Assembly: GCA_040081625.1 (NCBI GenBank)
Contig: JBEBGD010000129.1
Span: 1-13,898, forward strand
Direction of reading: 5' to 3'
Source of the DNA: Chthoniobacteraceae bacterium
GTDB lineage: Bacteria > Verrucomicrobiota > Verrucomicrobiia > Chthoniobacterales > Chthoniobacteraceae
DNA: 13,898 nt
Below are positions 9,101 through 13,898 of the stretch, one piece after another. Made by a program: the position numbers and the translations under genes. Numbering within the stretch: position 1 is the first letter of the stretch; the number at the start of each line of letters is the position of its first letter. Under the pieces are notes generated by a model. That model worked only from the letters and a program-made list of their open reading frames with translations. It did not search any database and was not told where the DNA came from.

Positions 9101-9492
9101 CGCCATACGTTCTCGACGGCGGGCAGACGCTGGACCTCGCTGTCAGCCGCCCGGGATTCTGGTGGGGCGGCAATTACGCGGACAATCCGCTCCGCAGCGC
9201 GCTGCACATCGCGACGCTCACCGACGCCGGCGCCTTCACCGAACTGGGCACGCTCGAACTTGCGCACGATTCGAGTCTGCGCCTTTTCGGAAATCTCGCC
9301 GTCACGCAGCCCGACTGGCGCTCGATCCGCGCCATCGACATCAACGACCCGCGCGCTCCGTCCGATCTCGGCGCCTTCACGCTGCCCGGCAACGTGTGGC
9401 TGAACCTCGACGGTGCCGACGGAGCGCTCGGCATCGGCTTGTGGATCCCCGTCGGTGCCTACGGCGTCGAGACTCTGGGGCTCGGCGATTAA
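6190..9492 (+). CDS. Secreted beta-propeller domain protein (Beta_propel / COG4880-like)
   Basis: 1100 aa; signal peptide MRSPRLSFLFAFLLLALTAWA. Family-type motifs VVESDIWKIAGDRLY and GESLRATRFDGSRVYVVTFEQIDPLHVVDLSDPANPTVSGEVEAPGFSTYIEP. Many D.S.P..P blade motifs. Confidence 0.88.
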   Translation: MRSPRLSFLFAFLLLALTAWAADEQPKITSIRGRVVTVTVPAGFDSVSLQKIRAILRPRGRVERVWGTLDTQFPAASATTLTFRLTKLTPRRNLRVLGSRSAPLPSNFFSGVTSFGADTLSLSNAGSANRAGDDVASAGIAGTANLSASGTTGGSAPVAVVESDIWKIAGDRLYFFNQLRGLQVIDIRKPDAPALLGTLRMPAAGEDLYVVDENHVALLKRGSDFGWGLRGILRAANVDTLTLAGGASPATTLQPYTEAGRENELIIADVSAGAPRQVASVAFKGALRESRLVGHVLYVAASTSLDEAGNYQYGTQVTAFDLSDPAHPATRDSVFIPGWTSAVAATPHYFLVAGYSTVQLVDISAGDGTLKLAGSVTAEGYIADKFKLNVDGAVLTVLSQVWLPWTWDANGTVITRGGVQTVLQTFSLNDPDRPVVLGRLMIAPGESLRATRFDGSRVYVVTFEQIDPLHVVDLSDPANPTVSGEVEAPGFSTYIEPLGDRLVTIGLVDWKPAVSLFDVSNPAAPALLQQVILGGRKDGWSHSEAVWNEKAFKVLAHENLILLPVSGVDRVETDQWGGEWFSRVQLIDLKHDSLAVRGTISAAFSPRRADVIHANRIAAISPSKLVIVNAGNRDEPKVTAEVELAWSVDRVFRIGDYLVQVGGPVDWTGKPAPTLSVAPASDPDAAINVADLDPLEVVGSTLRNGTLFLAQRAWPRWWLSTAAQDQLKLLVTAYDVSALPALKKLSQSSGPAPADSWGQLTALWPSPGTLVWAADGHYVDFATAAGNGVPVAAATRIANFYRPWWGGFTKQFISFKVGAPEKIAYGMTVELKPASGSIFSVPFAQAGLVFISEQKLLDDSTDTGASEAGKHFLRVIDYAEPSAPFIRSARVNLPGRLAGVARDGKLLYTVGSDFSSETTVAKNGAALHASAFDGAAAHLIASQPLPSIWSPVGFSGANVLILDEQPAQLWTPYVLDGGQTLDLAVSRPGFWWGGNYADNPLRSALHIATLTDAGAFTELGTLELAHDSSLRLFGNLAVTQPDWRSIRAIDINDPRAPSDLGAFTLPGNVWLNLDGADGALGIGLWIPVGAYGVETLGLGD

Positions 9493-11042
9493 GCGCGCCC
9501 GGCGACAACTGCTCCCGCCGCCGACTTCCGATAGACCTCCAGCCGGCAGTCGAATCCGCCGAGATCCACCGCCTGCGATGACTGAAGCTTGAGCGTCGGC
9601 TCGGGGCTGTCCATGCGCAGCGGGTTCGTGAAGACGAGCCGGCCGCCGGGCGCGAGCAGGTCGGCGGCGACGGCGAAAAGATCCTCGAACAGACCGCGCA
9701 GATTCGGAATCTGGAGCCTGCGCCCGAGCGGGGGATTCGTGATGATGAGCGTGAGGCTGCGCGGCGCGATTCGCGCGACGGTCGGGAACTCGCGGAAGTC
9801 GCAGCAAGTGAAGCGCGACTCGACGCGATCGAGCCGCGCGGCGGCGAAGTTCGCACGCGCGGCGCGGATGGCGTCGGCGTCGTGATCGGTGCCGTGGACC
9901 CGCAGCACTCCGCCGAGCCGCGAGCGCTCGATCAACTCCAGCGCCGAGCCGCAAAACGGATCCCAGGCGATCTCCCGCTCCATGGGCCCCGCGAGCCGGG
10001 CCATGCACGCGGCGAGTGGCGGATGCGAGGCTGCGGGCACGTCGTCGAGACGCCACGCGTGGCGCGGGTCGGGCGCGAATCGCGGCCGCAGCTCGACGGT
10101 GTGCCCGGCGGCGGCGGGATGAATATCGACGGCCCACGGCGACTGCCGCGCGTCGTTGAGGATGAGCGGGCAGAGCGCGAACGCCCGCTCCGCCACCTCG
10201 CGCACCGCGCCGCGCTGGTGACCGCGCCCGATGAAGTCGAGCCGGTAGCGGATCGCGCCGTCGGTGAGCGTTTCGAGAAGCCGGCGCGAGGCGGGTGACG
10301 CGATCGTCGCCGCGAGCGCCTCGATCAGCTCCGCCTGATCGCGGGACTTCACCTCGCCGAGGACGAAGCCCACGGTGTCGAAACAGCGAAGCTCGAATAC
10401 ATCGTCGAGCGTGAAAGCGGCGAGGGGAGTGATGGCGACAAGGCCGGGGCTCACCTCCACGACGCGGAACTTCCCACGCGCTTCCACCTCCTCGCGCACG
10501 ATGCCTTCGAGTCCCCGCCGACCGCGCAGATGTATCCGCATGCCGGAGATGTCCGACACGTGCCGGTCCATGCGAATGATGGTGGGGCGCTGCGCGCGGG
10601 CGACCGTCGCCTTCACGCGCTGAACGGAATGGCCGCCTGCGGCTTCGAGCGTGTCGAGCGTCGCGGCGCCGCCGACTCGCCCGAGCGTGCGCGTGAGAAA
10701 CTTCTCCTCGCGCTCGTTGGTCGTCTTGCGCAGCAGCGCCAGCAACTCCGCTTCCTCGCGCGCCCCGACGCCGATCTTCGGCAGCGCGGCCATCGCGTAG
10801 CGGCGAATCTTTTCCTCCGGGTCGCCGAGCAGCCGCACCAGCCACTGCTTCACCGCCTCGCGCTGCGCCGGCGGGCCGGATTCGGAGAAGACGACGCCGA
10901 CCGCGCGGACCACCGCCACGCGCTCGAAGCGCGCGCGCGCTTCGGCGCGATCGAACTGCGGCACCTCGTGCTCCCAGAGCTGCGGCCACGGCAGGGCGCG
11001 CAGTTGCTTGTAGAGTTCCTTGGTGGCGTTGCCGCTTTTCAT
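9489..11042 (-). CDS. SAM-dependent amino-methyltransferase (RlmL/Trm11/UPF0020-like) with an N-terminal HEAT-repeat region
   Basis: Motif I-like WDPFCGSALELIE (DPFCGS at 9945-9962), acidic motif II GTDHD, motif IV-like IITNPPLGRR (NPPL at 9726-9737). HEAT-like LLGDPEEKIRRYAMAALPKIG. Central RRGLEGIVREEV resembles the GLE...EL start of THUMP-associated regions. ATG 11042 preferred over the track's start at 11084. Confidence 0.8.
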   Translation of the reverse strand: MKSGNATKELYKQLRALPWPQLWEHEVPQFDRAEARARFERVAVVRAVGVVFSESGPPAQREAVKQWLVRLLGDPEEKIRRYAMAALPKIGVGAREEAELLALLRKTTNEREEKFLTRTLGRVGGAATLDTLEAAGGHSVQRVKATVARAQRPTIIRMDRHVSDISGMRIHLRGRRGLEGIVREEVEARGKFRVVEVSPGLVAITPLAAFTLDDVFELRCFDTVGFVLGEVKSRDQAELIEALAATIASPASRRLLETLTDGAIRYRLDFIGRGHQRGAVREVAERAFALCPLILNDARQSPWAVDIHPAAAGHTVELRPRFAPDPRHAWRLDDVPAASHPPLAACMARLAGPMEREIAWDPFCGSALELIERSRLGGVLRVHGTDHDADAIRAARANFAAARLDRVESRFTCCDFREFPTVARIAPRSLTLIITNPPLGRRLQIPNLRGLFEDLFAVAADLLAPGGRLVFTNPLRMDSPEPTLKLQSSQAVDLGGFDCRLEVYRKSAAGAVVAGRA

Positions 11043-11099
11043 CCGGCAATAGCGGCTCGACTCGCGGTTTGCGCAATCCGGCAAACGCGACGCGCCCGC

Positions 11100-12074
11100 T
11101 CAGTCGGCCACGACCGGCACGCCATGGAGCAGCCCGAGCGTCGCCCACGCGCTGCCCCAGTAGATATAAATGTCCGTCGCTTCCTTGAACGACTTCGCTT
11201 TGGCGGGCGCGCTTCGGTCGATCTTGCTGATGCGCGTGATGTCGATCGGCCAGCCGCCGTCCTCGCGCTGCGCCTTCAGCAGCCAGTCGCGGGCGCGCGC
11301 GGTCGCCTCCGCGGTCGATGCGTCGGGCGACTGATGGAGAAGGTAGAGCACCTGCCCGGTCGCGAGCGGATCGCTCTGCGGCTCGGCGATCATCCACGAC
11401 CAGCCGCCGTCCTCGTGCTGGTGCGCGAGGATCTCCGCCCGCAGCGCGTCCGCCTCCTCGCGGCTGCCGAAGCGGCGCGCATAGAGCGCGCGGAAGACGA
11501 GCGTCTCGATCGACTTCGCGGGCCCGCTCTTTGCGAGCAGCGCCGCAGCCTTCTCGCGCGCGGCGTCCGCGGCTGCCGAGTCCTGCGTCGCCAGCGCGAG
11601 GATGAAAAGGCGCGCGGAGTTCTCCGTGGCCTCCGGCACCTCGCGCCGCTGCATCGTGGCGAACTGCCCGCCGATCTTCCACGAACCGTCGGGCTGCTGT
11701 CCGTCCACGATGAGCTTCGCCAGCTCCGGCGCCGGTTTGTCCGGCATCGCCAGCTTCATGAAGGCGGTCATCTCGTCCGCCTTCTTCGCCTTCCGCGAGC
11801 GTTCGTCGGCCCACGCGATGAACTCCGCGAGCATCGCCGGGTCGATCTCAAACCCGCGCCGCTCCGCCTCGCGATGGCTCCAGATCAGCTCGGGCAGATG
11901 GTGGCACGAGTTGCAGTCCTTCTTGTTCATCCACTCGTCGCCCTCGCGCGCGAGAAAACCGAGCCCGCGCGTTATCGCGTCGCGCAACGGCGCCGGGTCG
12001 TCCGCGCGGACGGCGACGGAGAAAAACCCGAGCAGCAGGAGGAGCACTCGCCCCGGCAGAGGAGACGTTTTCAT
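11100..12074 (-). CDS. Secreted prenyltransferase/squalene-oxidase (QW) repeat protein with a CxxCH motif
   Basis: Start ATG 12074 gives signal peptide MKTSPLPGRVLLLLLGFFSVAVRA-DD. Then AITRGLGFL, CNSCHH (11898-11915), QW-type repeats QQPDGSW, QHEDGGW and WLLKAQREDGGW, SDPLATGQVLYLL, and C-terminal GSAWATLGL; 324 aa. Confidence 0.85.
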   Translation of the reverse strand: MKTSPLPGRVLLLLLGFFSVAVRADDPAPLRDAITRGLGFLAREGDEWMNKKDCNSCHHLPELIWSHREAERRGFEIDPAMLAEFIAWADERSRKAKKADEMTAFMKLAMPDKPAPELAKLIVDGQQPDGSWKIGGQFATMQRREVPEATENSARLFILALATQDSAAADAAREKAAALLAKSGPAKSIETLVFRALYARRFGSREEADALRAEILAHQHEDGGWSWMIAEPQSDPLATGQVLYLLHQSPDASTAEATARARDWLLKAQREDGGWPIDITRISKIDRSAPAKAKSFKEATDIYIYWGSAWATLGLLHGVPVVAD

Positions 12075-12210
12075 GTGCGGCACCGATGGTCGCGCCCCGG
12101 CCAGCGCGGACAAGAAGTTTTCACCCGCGCTATCGCGTGGCTTCGCTGGTCCACTCGATTGTGAAACCAAGGAGTTCGAGGGCAGCATGCCGACTTCCGA
12201 TGCCTGCTAT

Positions 12211-12615
12211 TCAGGCGGCGTCGGTCGAAGCGAGTTTGACATGTGGATAAGCCAAAATCTTCCCGTCCACAGTCACGAGGGGCGCGTTGAGAACACGAGC
12301 CGTCGCGACGATGATTTGGTCCGCGGGGTCGCGATGGAACTCGCCCGGAAGCCGGGTGGACTCGACGCAGATGCGGGGCGAAAGATCGATCAGCCGGACG
12401 CCGGGATACGCGAGCGCCTGCTGGAGCCAATCGAACACAGGACACGGTAGAGTGAGGCGTCCGCGCTCGACGAGCTTGGCAACTTCCCAGCACGAAATCG
12501 CGCTTACCCCAATGCCGGTCTCCTCAGCGGAATCAAGCAATGCTCGGTTGGCGGCCGAGAGAGTCGGGTCGCCGTGGACCCACCAAACCCAGACGTGCGT
12601 ATCGACGACTATCAT
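12211..12615 (-). CDS. vapC: PIN-domain (VapC family) toxin of a type II toxin-antitoxin system
   Basis: 134 aa: IVVDTHVWVWW, SAISCWEV, FHRDPADQIIVATA, LVTVD, with the conserved acidic PIN residues present. Confidence 0.95.
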   Translation of the reverse strand: MIVVDTHVWVWWVHGDPTLSAANRALLDSAEETGIGVSAISCWEVAKLVERGRLTLPCPVFDWLQQALAYPGVRLIDLSPRICVESTRLPGEFHRDPADQIIVATARVLNAPLVTVDGKILAYPHVKLASTDAA

Positions 12616-12827
12616 CCGGCAGCCTCCCAGTCAGCGTCCGCCACGGGTTCGGTGGGCGAGAGAAGCGTGACCGGGGTGCCCCGAAGCGGGTAGCGCGAAC
12701 CAGATGCAGCGACAGTCGGGCACGGCAGAACGATGACTTCGACAGACTCGCCGCGACGAAACGGAATGTCGCGCAGAGTAATCACGCCATCCTCGGAGAG
12801 AGTAGTTTCAGCGCGGTGTGCTTGCAT
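12612..12827 (-). CDS. Putative antitoxin cognate to the PIN toxin (71 aa)
   Basis: MQAHRAETTLSEDGVITLRDIPFRRGESVEVIVLP...RYPLRG...PTEPVADADWEAAG. Small, directly upstream of vapC with an ATGA stop/start overlap at 12612-12615. Beta-rich N-terminus (DG.I.L...F..GE.VEVIV) and acidic tail. The start at 12827 is supported by the promoter below. Confidence 0.8.
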   Translation of the reverse strand: MQAHRAETTLSEDGVITLRDIPFRRGESVEVIVLPCPTVAASGSRYPLRGTPVTLLSPTEPVADADWEAAG

Positions 12828-12833
12828 GGTCGG

Positions 12834-12862
12834 AGAATAATGAGTCTTCAATTCCGGGGCAA
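12834..12862 (-). promoter_or_regulatory. Sigma70 promoter for the TA operon, probably giving a leaderless mRNA
   Basis: Minus strand TTGCCC (12862-12857), 17 nt spacer, TATTCT (12839-12834), then 6 nt before ATG 12827. Confidence 0.6.
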
Positions 12863-12936
12863 GCGCGCAAAACGCATGGACGGTAGCCTCCATCGGCTTC
12901 GCGGGATCGTTGTTCGCGAGCAGCCGGGACGATGCA

Positions 12937-13036
12937 GTTGGAACCCCAGAGACACAGAGTGCACCGAGAAGCAGCCGAACGGCGCGGCATCGAGGAATTC
13001 CCGTTTTCTCTGTCTCCTCTGTGTCTGTGGTTCAAC
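12937..13036. repeat. Imperfect palindromic REP/MITE-like element (ACACAGAG/CTCTGTGT type)
   Basis: agacacagag (12950-12959) is the exact reverse complement of ctctgtgtct (13017-13026). Outer gaacc (12941-45) pairs with ggttc (13029-33), inner gagaa (12966-70) with ttctc (13006-10). Spacer ~35 nt. Confidence 0.7.
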
Positions 13037-13131
13037 GAACGGCTTCGCCTTGGCCCAGATGAGCAGCGCAAGGAACCCCAGGGCGATCTGGCTGATGGCG
13101 CCGACGCGGTTTGCCCTTGATCGTCAATTGA

Positions 13132-13784
13132 TCACTTTGCGAGTTCCTTCGGTTTCGCGGCATCGATGATACCTGCCAATAACTCACTCTCCCGGTCAAA
13201 GACCTTCAATGCGTGCTCATACTCGGCATCGGTATCGTAATCTGGTCTGCGGACTCGGCCTGCGCTCACCGTGCTGACAATGCGGGGGTGCGGCTGTCGC
13301 AGGTCAAACAGGTAGTGAGTGCGAAAAGCTCCAGTGCCTGACCACTCCAAGGTGGCAACATATCCGAACGCTACGTCTCTGCCGCTGATGAACTGCCCAG
13401 TAAATAGCTCTGGCTGGGCGGCAAAGAATGGAGAAAACCACTCAGAATCTCGCGCAGTCTCGACAGCGAGAAGGACTGTGCCGATGGTCCTCCCAAAACT
13501 CCCCTTCTCGGGATATTCCACTCGAACCACTTTGCGGCCTTCTACCGTGGCGATGGTCGTAATGATTGGTTCCTTCTTGCGGTCGATCCAGGTGAGGGCC
13601 TTGTCTGTGGGCTCAAAATACTGGTCGTCCACATAAGGCATCTGGCGATTCAGTAAAGATAAGCGGAACTCTGTCGAAACTTTGGCGATCCAGTCCGGCC
13701 CCTTGCCCCACGAATAGATGTAGCAATCCTTGGGAGTTCCGGAGCGGATCGCGTCATCAGCACTCACGACCGAGGTAATTGCTA
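13132..13784 (-). pseudogene. Hypothetical protein, probably exported, 5' end apparently truncated by IS insertion (ORF track calls GTG 13767)
   Basis: 211-aa open frame with visibly lower GC than the rest of the window and no recognisable motif. The in-frame upstream residues (I)AITSVVSA-DD look like the end of a signal peptide and abut the putative IS end at TA 13783-13784. No in-frame ATG occurs before the upstream stop at 13825-13827. Confidence 0.55.
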
Positions 13785-13898
13785 TTGAGCGATGCGTAGT
13801 ATAGTGACAACAAGCGGGTTCCTGCTATGTTTGTGGGCATGGCAGCAAAACGTGATTTCAAAGCAATGGAGCAGCGCCGGTTTCGCGCGCTGACGCTC
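13785..13898 (+). mobile_element. Left end of a putative IS630-family insertion sequence (partial)
   Basis: TA dinucleotide (13783-84) followed by TTGAGCGATGCGTAGTATAGTGAC (candidate terminal inverted repeat), an internal promoter-like GTGACA-16-TATGTT, and a transposase-like ORF start. The second end lies outside the window. Confidence 0.6.
13839..13898 (+). CDS. N-terminus of a putative IS630-family transposase (HTH region), partial
   Basis: MAAKRDFKAMEQRRFRALTL resembles, from recall, the RDF.A.E.RR..A..L starts of IS630 transposases preceding the first HTH. Only 20 codons are visible; not in the ORF track. Confidence 0.6.
   Translation, partial: MAAKRDFKAMEQRRFRALTL

Noticed and set aside
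6109..11814. 1901-aa minus-strand ORF
   Set aside because: Arg/Ala/Gly-rich shadow frame with no motifs. It is antisense to the propeller gene and out of frame with two well-supported genes; stop-codon scarcity is expected at this GC content.
11100..12074. Annotation as squalene-hopene cyclase
   Set aside because: Too short, carries a signal peptide, and lacks the DxDD catalytic motif.
12182..12207. Imperfect hairpin downstream of vapC
   Set aside because: Bulged, weak stem with no U-tract; not enough to call a terminator.
10530..13169. Plus-strand ORFs 10530..12164, 11602..12450 and 12540..13169
   Set aside because: Antisense to motif-bearing minus-strand genes; no recognisable domains.
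12100..13784. Integron cassette array (co-oriented TA pair plus orphan gene)
   Set aside because: I could not find convincing attC sites (RYYYAAC...GTTRRRY with paired boxes) after the genes, and no integrase is in view.

Overview
GC-rich bacterial window; the protein families and the lack of Shine-Dalgarno sites suggest Verrucomicrobia/PVC, which is an inference. Left to right: (1) the 5' part of an RfaE/HldE-type heptose-7-phosphate kinase gene missed by the ORF track; (2) a 1404-aa exported modular metzincin protease (catalytic domain, PPC, 3 Ig-like repeats, a beta-sandwich, a second PPC-like domain and an unexplained ~330-aa C-terminal module); (3) a secreted Cys-type S1 sulfatase; (4) a divergent 1100-aa secreted beta-propeller protein; (5) a convergent HEAT-repeat plus RlmL/Trm11-like methyltransferase; (6) a secreted QW-repeat protein with a CxxCH motif; (7) an accessory right end with a PIN (VapC) toxin-antitoxin pair, a REP/MITE-like palindrome, a possible gene remnant, and a lower-GC orphan gene whose 5' end appears cut by an IS630-like element running off the window. 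I see no CRISPR array, RNA gene or clearly new multi-gene system. The best leads are the CxxCH/QW protein, the protease C-terminal module, the HEAT-methyltransferase and the IS junction.
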